Of a stretch of 64,000 nucleotides of DNA, positions 53,261 to 64,000 are shown piece by piece. The stretch comes from Felis catus (taxonomy: Eukaryota). The notes beneath the pieces are model-generated. The model did not search any database. It was given only the letters and a program-made list of their open reading frames with translations, and had not been told where the DNA came from. A program made the position numbers and the translations under genes. How positions within the stretch are numbered: the first letter of the stretch is position 1; each line of letters starts with the position of its first letter. The stretch lies in NCBI RefSeq assembly GCF_018350175.1, contig NC_058368.1, forward strand, positions 10,850,001 to 10,914,000. The letters are read 5' to 3'.

Positions 53261-55889
53261 AGAATCCTTATTCAGGGTAACTATACTTTAAAAAAAAAAA
53301 AAAAACAGAAAATAATAAGTGTTGGGAAGATGTTGAAAAACTGGAACCCTCACACATTGCTGGTGAGAATATAAAATCGTGCAACCACTATGGAAAACTG
53401 AGGGTTCCTCAAAATGCTGAATATAGCATCATCATATGTCATGGCAATTCCTCCCCTAGGTAAGTACTTAAGAGAATTGAAAACAGGTACTTGGGCAAAT
53501 ACACAAATGTTAACAGTAGCACTATTCACAATAGTCAAAGGTGGAAACAACCCAAATATCTACTAATGGATGGATGATAAGCAAACTGTAGTATATACAT
53601 ATGATGGGATCTTATTCAGCCATGAAAAGAAGTAAACTAATGATGGATGCTACAATGTGAATTAACACTGAAAAAAAAATACACCAGGTTAAAGAAGACA
53701 GAAAGAAAAGGTCACATGTTGTCGAATTCCACTTTTATGAAATACTTAAAATACGTAAGTCTATGGAGACAGGAAGCACATAGGTGGTTTCTAGGGAGGA
53801 GAGGAGGGGAAATGGGTAATGATTGCTTTGCAGGTATGAGGTTTTAGTATAGGGTGATAAAAATATTTTGAAACTTGATAGATGTGGTAGTTGCACAATG
53901 TTGCAAATGTACATGTCACTGAATTATTCACTTTTAAGTGGTTAATTTTGTGTTATGTAAATGTCACCTCAATTTTAAAAAGTGGGCGGTCTGATCCGCT
54001 GTAGAACCATTGTCCTAGCAAACACCCTGATTAATAACTGAACATATTGTTGGTTTTCCTAATTTGAGAGAAAGACTTTCTTGTAGATTATCTGAAGGAT
54101 ATTCGGGTAAGCACTTTATTTATCATGGCCAACAACGTATCTCAGAATACTTTAAATGAAAAGGACTTAAAGTGAGAGTCCTGCAGAGCAGAGTTCTCAG
54201 GCTGCAGGGGAAGCTCCTTTCCCTTTTCTTCTTGCTTCCATTAAGTGTCTACTCAGCACCGGGGCTGCACCCCGAAGTGCATTGATGCAATGGGTGTCCA
54301 GAGCCCAGCAAACAGCAAACTGAGACTCAGCTCCGTTTGTTACCATTCCTGGTTCATTTTACTGTCTCTGTGACACACCTAATCACCAAACAGGTAACAG
54401 AAAGAATAATTGGTATTTGGCTAACCAGAAGTGAAGTCTGGAAGTAAAGTGAGAACTCCTGGCCTACGTTCTTATGCTAATTAACGCACAAGGAAAATGC
54501 CCTCACGTAAGAACTAATAAACTCTGTTAACAGATCATGGCCCTTAGACATTATCATGTCTCCTCAATCTGGGTTGTGCGGAGCGTCAAAATAGGCTGCA
54601 GCACTTGGCTTCCCCACACTGATCAGACAAGACCTTCGACTGAACTCCTCATGCTCTGATGCCAGACAGGGCATTAAACAGAGGCTCTAAAATACATACA
54701 TTGACATCAGTCCTGGAAAAATCATTCCTCATATCTCACCATGTGTCTCACTATAAACCTGGTCTACAATCCCTCCAAGTGCAGAGCAGAGTAACTGATG
54801 AGAAGAATGAGTCTCTGGAACACATGGTACTGAGGATTATGGACCAACAGGTGGGCTGACCATTGTGGATGTGCACACATGTTCAGAAGAACAAAGCCAA
54901 TGAGTCATCATCTTTGATGGTCCCATACACCAAATGTCTGATAGGGCACGCGTCTTCCAGCCAGCACATGGTGAGGAGCTGAAATGATTAAAACTAACAG
55001 TAAAAACTACTCCCATTATTTTCTAAATATATCATAAGCCTGGATACATTGTTCTTTTATATCTCTTCTCTTGGGCATCAGCTTTCCTTGACACCTAAAA
55101 GAAGTGGACATATCCCACCCCAACTTTCACCTGCTTATTTCAGATCAGAATAGAAAGGGAATGTGTCTTCTCATCATCCCCACTCTCAAAGCACATGCTC
55201 CAGAAAGAGGGCTTCTGTGCCCCCCTCTTCGACACAGACAGGACAGAGAGCCTTGATGAGAGAATTAGCATACAAATGAAATGATCTGCAGATGTGGTGA
55301 TGAAGTGGCTCAGAGCAAAGAGGGAAGTTGCTTAGGGTTTTAGAGACCTGCTTAGCCTCCAAGCTCTCTCCGTCTGAATGGGAGACCTTCCCCTTTGCAC
55401 CAATTCCTTGCTGTCCGCAAACCTGAGCTTCACTAAGCTGCATGACTAGATGAGAGCTAAGAGGGCAGACTGGGTCGAAGGTCTCTGAATTGACAATAAC
55501 TGTGAGTATCTCAGATTTGTACTGAACTCACCAACCTGTAAAGCATCACTGTTACGTTTAAATTTGATACGGAAATACAACTCCAGTGAAAAGCCTTTAC
55601 CTCCCTGGAGGCTCTGAACTGAGTCTTGCTTCAGACTCTGATCTGGAGAATGGGAGCATCTCCCCCAGAGAAACCTTTTTCCCAGCCCCAGGGAAGATGA
55701 ACACTTCTTTCCATTCTCCAAAGGTCCTTGCTTCACTACAAGTTTCCAGGAGTCCATTAACCAGTTATTTTTATCAATACATCAAGTAAAATGATTTCTG
55801 AGCAGTGACAGAGACTATATAACCACACTGCAGTAAGAGATATTTCGATCAGAAAGAATGAAATTAAACACCATTAAAAGTTCATGTTT

Positions 55890-56109
55890 GGGGCGCCTGG
55901 GTGGCGCAGTCGGTTGAGCGTCCGACTTCAGCCAGGTCACGATCTCGCGGTCTGTGAGTTCGAGCCCCGCGTCAGGCTCTGGGCTGATGGCTCAGAGCCT
56001 GGAGCCTGTTTCCGATTCTGTGTCTCCCTCTCTCTCTGCACCTCCCCCGTTCATGCTCTGTCTCTCTCTGTCCCAAAAATAAATAAACGTTGAAAAAAAA
56101 ATTAAAAAA
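55890..56109 (+). mobile_element. Young felid SINE (SINEC_Fc-type)
   Basis: exact TSD AAAAGTTCATGTTT at 55876-55889 and 56110-56123, at a TT/AAAA site. Confidence 0.98.
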
Positions 56110-56469
56110 AAAAGTTCATGTTTTTTAATGTGCAAAATGCACCTAAAAGGGAAATAATATGATTCCAAGCACATTAGGCAAGTATCATAAAAATAATGCT
56201 AAATACTATTGAAAATAGCCAGGTTGGGATAAAATGAATAGAGAAGGGGTTCCCAAGAAAGCCAAAGGGCATTCGCTGATCTGCAATGGAAATTTTAAGA
56301 TTGGTGAATCTTTTTATAAGAAAACAGATTTAGAAAGATGAAGTGACTGCCTGATATCAGCTATATCTCATAGGTGCATAATCTCATCCTACATAATAAT
56401 CTAGAAAGCTGATGCATTTTCACATTTGCCTTCTTGCATATTCCCCAAGAGAACCTACTGTATGAATGA

Positions 56470-56640
56470 CAAGCATTTTATAGGTTTTATGTTCTTGCCT
56501 AGTCCAAACCTGTTAAGTAGCTACTGGTATTCCTATTTCATAAATGATCTTGAGCAAAGTTATCTGCTTTCTTAGCTATTAGTGGGGAAGCTAATAGTCT
56601 GACCCAGCTCTACTCCCTGAACCCCATGTTCTTTCTAACC
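56470..56640 (-). mobile_element. MIR fragment
   Basis: TATTCCTATTTCATAAATGA...AGCTATTAGTGG...CCCATGTTCTTTCTAACC. Confidence 0.55.
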
Positions 56641-57149
56641 AGCAAGTTGCAATTAACTCCTTCGTGTCCAGAGACCGATGTCCAAGTTGTCTAGGAATCT
56701 TGGGTTTGCAATCACATGTGACCGACCCATCTCACCTTCAGACGATGGAATGAAAATTGTGGCCAAATGCACCCTAAGTGTCCTCTAACTTTCTCCCTGG
56801 TTAAATAAATAGGGCACTCCAGAAGCAGAATTTGCTAAGAACCACAGACACATAGCTATCAATCCAGCCTCCCTGAATTTCAAGAGTATATGGTCTAGCC
56901 AATCATTCTACAACTATTTATGGTGGGGAACTGGTGACACAAAGAGTTCCCTGAGGGAGCCAGAGAGGGAGTCAGCCTTCAGACCCTACAGCTGGAAGAG
57001 ATTTGAGGGATGATTCGGCCATTAGAGTTGTTCTCTGATGATGCCATGAGGGATTCTGGCCCGTTCATTCCACCACATTCCACTTTCACTCTCAGAGATG
57101 TTTTTAATATTTATTCCTAAAGTTAACACACAGTCCCAAAAGTCATCGT

Positions 57150-57900
57150 CTTTTGTAAAATGCACACTCTTCAGAGAACGTTCATTTCCTGGTATCTAAG
57201 AGAAATATTTATGTTCCCAAGGAGGTACAAATATAACTTCTGGAAACATTTTCAGAAGAATTTAAACACTGGAAACAATACAAATATCTGCCAATAAAAC
57301 TGTTACATGAATTATTAAGTGGCCAAGTTATGGAATATTATTTATTAGCTTAAAAGAATGAGGTGGATCTGTATAGCTATTCAGAAAGATTTCCAAAATA
57401 CATAAACAAAATGTGAGTTATTATAATATGTATACACACACACACACACACCATACGATCCCCTATACACAAGCCAACACAAAAATGGAGCCTATATATC
57501 TGTGTGTGTGTACATCTAGTATGTCAACATTGAAAGTGATCTAAAGTGATGCACACCAGACTGTTACGACTAATTATTTATAAAGAAGGTAGTGGGAATG
57601 ATGGGGTGGGGGTGGGGGGGAGATAATTTCACTCTTTAACTTCTGATTATCTATTTATTAGACTTTTTAAAAGATGTTTATTTATTTAGTTTCGAGAGAG
57701 AGAGAGACAGAGAATCCCAAGCAGGCTCTGCCCCATCAGCACAGAGCTTGATGTGAGGCTTGAACTCATGAACCATGAGATCATGGCCTGGGCTGAAATC
57801 AAGAATCAGATGTTTAACTGACTGAGCCACCCAGGTGACCCTTATATGATTTTTTAAAATAATATGAATATGTTAATATATTTACTGTATGTACTTGTTC
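57150..57900 (+). mobile_element. Old L1ME-like 3' end
   Basis: CTGGAAACAA, ATGGAATATTA and AAAAGAATGAGGTGGATCTGTAT motifs. Confidence 0.65.
57664..57841 (-). mobile_element. Can-SINE
   Basis: ...CTGACTGAGCCACCCAGGTGACCC on the + strand. Confidence 0.93.
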
Positions 57901-58051
57901 AGAACAGTCTGTTTTTGTTTCTGTTTTTTTTTTTTTTTTACCCAAGTGTTACCTTTTTAAAATGCAAGGAATTATTGAAGGAAAAAAGACATAGTAGATC
58001 TAGATGCCAGATGAGTGTTCCAATAACCACTATGTTAACTCTAGGTGAGTG

Positions 58052-58053
<2 letters not shown>

Positions 58054-58089
<36 letters not shown>
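58054..58089. repeat. (CA)n microsatellite
   Basis: direct reading. Confidence 0.95.
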
Positions 58090-58094
<5 letters not shown>

Positions 58095-58438
58095 TGAATC
58101 TCTTAAAGGTTATTAAATGTGTTCATGAGCAACAGAACGAGATCAAATTAAATGCACTCTTCATTGTAAGTAAAGGTATAGAAGTATCAAAGGAGAAGAA
58201 AGGGAAAGTAATATATAACATAAAAATCTAGTGGCTTTGTGGATTTTCCTCCATGTTATTTTAGCCTTGTTGCATGAAGTGGAACATACACTTAGAAGCA
58301 GCTGTGTCCTCAGTATGAGTCTGGTGCTAGCCCAAACCCAGAAGCAGACCTTGAATTCAAGTCAGTATCACCTGGCTCCAAATTGCTATGGCAGCAATAG
58401 CTCTTGGCCTTTTTACTTAAGAATATCGTGTAAATGAT

Positions 58439-58653
58439 GGGGCACCCGGGTGGCGCAGTCAGTTGAGCGTCCAACTTCAGCCCAGGTCATGATCTCACAG
58501 TCTGTGAGTTCGAGCCCCGTGCCGGGCTCTGTGCTGACACCTCAGAGCCTGGAGCCTACTTCAGATTTTGTGTCTGCCCCTCCCCTGTCCCTGCTCATGC
58601 TCTGTCTCTCTCTGTCTCAAAAATAAATAAAAACATTTAAAAAATTAAAAAAA
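58439..58653 (+). mobile_element. Can-SINE
   Basis: 19-bp TSD AAGAATATC(G/A)TGT(A/C)AATGA at 58419-58437 and 58654-58672. Confidence 0.96.
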
Positions 58654-58729
58654 AAGAATATCATGTCAATGAAACAATGCATTGAAGGCACAAAAATGCC
58701 TTGAGTTAAATTAATTTTGGAAACCATAC

Positions 58730-59040
58730 AGTAATGATAATATCAAGACCTACTTCTTGTTGAGAGCCATCCATGTGCTGGGTCTGAACTGATGTGTTTG
58801 ACATAAGTCAACTAATTTCATCCTCATGACACCCCTGTGAAGGCAATTTCCCCTATTTTATAGAATCAGCAATCCAAGAGGCTAGAACTTGAAGGGATCT
58901 GAGATATGGAGGTTAAATTGCTTCTTTTAAAAAGAATCTAGTACATATAGGAAAACAAGCCCTAGAGAGATTGAGTGATTTGTCCTAAGCTAGATGGAAA
59001 CAGAACGCAGGCCATTGGAGCCTTAACTCTCTCATTCCAT
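58730..59040 (-). mobile_element. MIR fragments
   Basis: ATTTCATCCTCATGACACCCCTGTGAAG...CCTATTTTATAGA; AGGAAAACAAGCCCTAGAGAGATTGAGTGATTTGTCCTAAG. Confidence 0.7.
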
Positions 59041-62027
59041 GGTAGCACCTCACGGAATAGCGGACACCTTGTCCTCTACCCCCCTCTCACAGAGTTGAGT
59101 CAGGCACCATGATAAAATCTATTTTTCTTTGAAAAGATCAGCTAGAACAGGAATACAGATATTGCAGATAAAACGAAGCCAAACCTTCATCAGTAAACAC
59201 AACTCCTCCATCATCATTTAGTTGATCACGATTCTGTAGCTGCCCCAGAGCACACAACTCATCCGCGTTCCCACCAACTACTTCTTTCACGAAATGAAAT
59301 TAATTTCGTGCACCCTGAAACGTCTTTGATGTTCCCAAGTCATGATGATGATTCATTCTTATGAAGACATATACAACCTTACCAAAATGTTAACTTGCTT
59401 CAAAGAAATATGGATGTGTTGCATCAGATTGTATATCTATTAATTAGAAGGTTTCCACCTAAGCAATCAGCAAGGAGGCTTTCTCATTACTGTCATCACC
59501 ACTGCATGTGCCAGCTGAGCATGTATCCTGAATCCACCCAGCACTGTGCCAGCACTGATGTCTGCGTTAGTCATTAGGGCAGTGTGGTAAATATGAGTTT
59601 GGGTCATGATGGTTGGGGGTTAGTTTATGATGAGGTGAAAAAAGATGGGAATGGAGAAGGGAGAAACACGGTGTGCTAACAAGATAGCTGTGTCAGGCAG
59701 GGTAAAAACTACATTTTGGCAGAACAGGAATTAGAGTCACTGGGAAAAAAGTTGTGAAAAACACAACATGTAAAATGGGTATAAGAAAGGAATGTTAAAC
59801 TACACCCAGACAATGGCTAAAAGCCTCCTACAAAGTGCACCTGGTGAAGACTCTCCTGTCACAGTCACCAAACACTGGCTGCCAAAGTTTGTCCCCTCCC
59901 TGCTACATTTCGTCTTATACCCTGGATGGGGCCACTATACTTCTCGCACTGCCCTGCTGCCCACACATGCCCCAGAAAGGACTCCATATAGCTCCTCTTT
60001 ATTGGAACCCAAGCTCCCAATTTTCAGTCTAGAAAGTTGCTTCTGATTAGTAGTGTCTGGATCATATGTCCTCTCCCTAGCAGCAAGAGTCGGGGACATC
60101 AAGGACCCGACACTTTAGCTTCTATAGTGGGAAGCAGGCTTTTCTTCTGGGCACTGGAGAATTCTGAACATTTCCCAAATGTGGGAAGGGAGTATAGATG
60201 CTGGATATCAAAAAAGGTGGATGCTACATGTCCATGTAGTAGTCTCTTTGGATGCTCAACGTAATAGAGAGATTTATTTTGAAGGAAAATAAGGAAGCAA
60301 GAAATGCTTCTGTTTCAATCATGTAACTATATTCCCTACCACTAAAAATGAGCTTATCCCCATCTCCAAAGTAGGACAACCTAAAGTATAGTTAATAAAT
60401 TTAGCTCCAAAACCTAGAACTCTGGATGATGTCCATTTTCCTACTAACTCTGTCATGCTACTATCTCAATATCTTACAACCTATGGGTTAAACCACAGAG
60501 TTAAAATCATCAGCACATCCTTTTATAAAATAGAACAGGAATAGAAATAAGGTATGTGATTCAAATACATGAAAACATATGTGTTTCAACAAGAAAAAAA
60601 ATTATGTAGGTGCTATAATCCTCATTTCTGCACTACTCACAGGTCATATTTTTTTTAATGACTCCTCTATTTTACCAATTCTATTTCTTCCATTGTGCTT
60701 AACCAACATGTCAACTACTTGGGATTCTTTATTATGTATGATGACCTCATTATGGAAGGAATCAGAGCCATGGGTAACCTCGATTGGGTTATCAAAAATT
60801 CATTAATTTTTCCTACTTGACTTGGTCAAGTAGGAGGTAACATAGTAGATCACCTGAGGTTCCATTCAAACTCCTCTCTATATCATTAAGAGTATCAACC
60901 TATTTCCTCTTGGAAATCATAATCAGTCACCTCAACCAACACCAAAATCCTCATCTCTTTTTTGTTGTCCATTTGTTAATCAGCAAGAAAAACCTGAAAT
61001 GATCAGATGACAGCCTCAATTTCCATTTCAATGGAACTATTGTGTTCCCTCCTGGAAATATCCTTAAAACCAAAGAGAATAAGGCTGTTGAACCCAAGGA
61101 AAGCCCTCATCTCTGTAATAATGTCCTCTTTGTTCAGGAACCCATTGAGAAAGTACTGGAAAGAGTAGAGAATATAGTTAATTGACATTCACAAAGCCAG
61201 ACATTTTGCCTACTTGATTATGAGCATCCTCCAAATTCTTACACTTTGACCCTTTTCAAAAACTCCATAATTCTTCTCCAAGAATTAGGAGTTCAATCGT
61301 CTTCCATGTTCCTAACTCCTAAGAGGACCATTAGGAATAATCAATGATTGATTATAGATTGTTAACTACTCTTTCCTTCCAGGCAAAATACTTTAATGAT
61401 TATACACTGGGAGAATTTTCACTTTTTATTTTGCTTAGGTGTCACCCCAACTGAGTCTGTAATTCTACGGAAGCCAGTTTCTGGAGTTCATATATCATGC
61501 AGGTTCTTCTACAATTAAGACTAAATTTCTTTTCTCTTCAGTTAACTGGTTAAAGAGAATTCTCAATGAGGCTAAAAGAGTGAATTGAAGCAGAAGTACA
61601 GGTTCCTTTTTGGGATTCTGTGAGGAGAGTCATTGTACCTGTTTGTAATGTCATTATGGGGTTCTCAATAATATTTGGTCTTCTCTTTGCTCAAGATACT
61701 CAGGGCTTTTGAAATGACATAGGTATGTGTGGGAATCCAGTGAAATGCTGGGACTATCACAGTGGTTTAAGCCAGGTCTCTGGGCACCAGATCAGGTGGT
61801 GTTTGAAGTGTACAAATCCTTTCTTTCAGTTTATAAACCACCTCATCTCATTGGTTCCAGAGCTCCAGATCCCTGAAGGGCCACTATAACAAACTAACAT
61901 GTTTGAGCTACCACATTAAATCAAATCTAAAATAACATTCTGTTCTCTTAAGTCTATCTCTAAATACATTTACAACATATCCCTCACACTTTAGCCTGTG
62001 TATAGTTATATAAGTCTTCTCCTCCTG

Positions 62028-62393
62028 GAGGGCACTTTGTGATGAGCACTGGGTGTTGTACATAAGTGATGAATCACTACATTCTAAACCTGAAACTAAT
62101 ATTTCGCTATATGTTAACTAACTGGAATTTATTTTTTTTTTAATTTTTTTTTCAACGTTTATTTATTTTTGGGACAGAGAGAGACAGAGCATGAACGGGC
62201 GAGGGGCAGAGAGAGAGGGAGACACAGAATCGGAAACAGGCTCCAGGCTCTGAGCCATCAGCCCAGAGCCCGACGCGGGTCTCGAACTCACAGACCGCGA
62301 GATCGTGACCTGGCTGAAGTCGAATGCTTAACCGACTGCGCCACCCAGGCGCCCCTTAACTAACTGGAATTTAAACAAAACCCTGGAAAAAAT
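62028..62393 (+). mobile_element. Short carnivore L1 3'-end insertion, split by a SINE
   Basis: GATGAGCACTGGGTGTTGTA...GATGAATCACT; GTCTTCTCCT flanks at 62014-62023 and 62394-62403. Confidence 0.85.
62132..62355 (-). mobile_element. Young felid SINE (SINEC_Fc-type)
   Basis: exact 18-bp TSD TTAACTAACTGGAATTTA at 62114-62131 and 62356-62373. Confidence 0.98.
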
Positions 62394-64000
62394 GTCTTCT
62401 CCTGGGTTAGATTTTGTAATAGACTCTCTATGCTATGCTGACATATACCTCTAGTTTATTGGTATGGAGGTAAGAGCATGATACACAGTGACTTTGCATT
62501 TCAGGGTATCATTACTCTTCAAAAAGGTAGATACAGCTTTAATAGATGGGGGAAAGGATGGATTCTTGGCTGATAAAGAAGGATCAGCAGATGTTGAGTC
62601 AATGCAAGTCTCATGACCCCTCCATTACTTTTTGTTCCAGGGCTTGTCCTCACTCTGAATCAACGCTTTGACTCTTACGTAAGTGACCTGGTAAGGCTGA
62701 AAACTTAACAGCTTTGTAATACTGTATCTGGATCCAAGTCTATAGATTTTATTTATTGATTTCAGCCCAATGGCTGTAAGACTTGAGAGGGTTTTTGGTT
62801 GTTGCTGTTTTTGTTTTGTTTTTAGCACAGTGATAGGAAGGCTCTGGTTTTAAATTAAAGGTAGATGAGCATTGAGAAAACGTCTACCATTCTCTTTCCT
62901 AACCTCTTGGGAGGTGAAATAGAACCCTGACCCACAGTTTGCAGAAACCAATCCAAGAAATCAAACCACAACTTCTGTAGTGATCAGCCCAAAGCAGCCT
63001 GGACTTGATTAATAACTGATACCTTCCCTAATACTTGCCCATCACCCTCAATTGGTACTTTATTCCATATAAATACTGGTGATGTTTTTGTTTGGGTGGG
63101 GGGGCATTTCTGGACTTTTCTTTATTAAGTTTTACTATTTTAATTCCAATACTGTTGATATTTTAGTTAGTTTCTTGGTCATTGAGTGTGTAATCATCAA
63201 ATTCCCATCTCCAAATATTGACTGGATTTTCACTGCCTTCAGCCCCAACCAGGTCAGATGATGTTAGATTGCCTGATTATCTTTAAAGTCTATTTGCCTG
63301 CAACCATTGCTGTGCTTGTCAAGTTTCTGTCTCCAGCTGATTCTAGAAGAAAAGAAAATGAGAAGAGAGAAGAGAAAAACAATAAAAAATGAAAATAAAA
63401 AAAGAGAAGAGAGAAGAGAAATTGCAAAGAAGATACTGAATAGTTTTGAACCAGCCAGAAAAGCAGGCTTGGAAAATGAGCAGAAATGGGAAAGATTAAG
63501 AGCAAACAACATCACACTCCCTATTCCTCCCATCTTCTCCCAAGAAAACATTGCTCAGTGAGGACACTGTTCCTGCCACTACTGTCACTATCAGCAACGG
63601 ACATAAGATGCCATAGTTATCATTGCCTCCAGCGATTGTTGAAACCCAATTTTGTTGTGATTGCTGCTGTTACCTATTCCCCAGTAGGACTCTCTGTAGC
63701 CCCCCACCTCTTCATCTGCCTACCTCTTGATTTAAGCTCTATAGCTGATGTTTCTGATTGGTGAATCAGTACTCTTCACATGCTCATGCTCCAAGAGAAA
63801 AGAAAACCCATAGCTGGAATTTTCAACTTCCACAGGGTTAGAGTATATTTGTTTTCCATATAGACTTACAAGGTAGGAAATTTTCAAACATAAGAGTTCA
63901 AACGCCAGATAGATGAAAAATGATGGTAAACATCTATTATGGGGGGAGGGCAGGGGTGCAGTCACTTGATTTCTTGTGTTGGGGAAACCAAGGACCACGT

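Larger units (their letters stand above)
52705..53981 (+). mobile_element. L1MB-like 3' end, rearranged
   Basis: CAACAAATGG...; GGAACCCTCACACATTGCTGGTG; end GTGGTAGTTGCACAA...CACTGAATT...CACCTCAAT. Confidence 0.85.

Noticed and set aside
63264..63551. Hydrophobic membrane-protein-like minus-strand ORFs
   Set aside because: Antisense of a GA-rich tract; the F/L/S bias is compositional

Overview
Mammalian genomic DNA, almost certainly from a felid, as shown by numerous carnivore tRNA-derived SINEs including four near-consensus SINEC_Fc-type copies. Most of the window is transposable-element sequence: one full-length but inactivated L1 with a TSD (2782-8764), a nested stack of older L1s (about 10850-25950), several truncated L1s, about 22 Can-SINEs, plus MIR, L2, LTR16, MER5A and microsatellites. 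I recognise no intact protein-coding gene, RNA gene or CRISPR array, and no clearly new biological system is demonstrated. The best leads are all speculative: a possible decayed piggyBac-like transposase fossil (about 30480-31330), a recursive-splice-like AG|GTAAG site, some splice-bounded exon candidates, a long antisense ORF in the L1 5'UTR, an ORF1-less L1 and a near-perfect 175-bp duplication. Subfamily names come from remembered consensus sequences, not from searches. Boundaries of old repeats are approximate.
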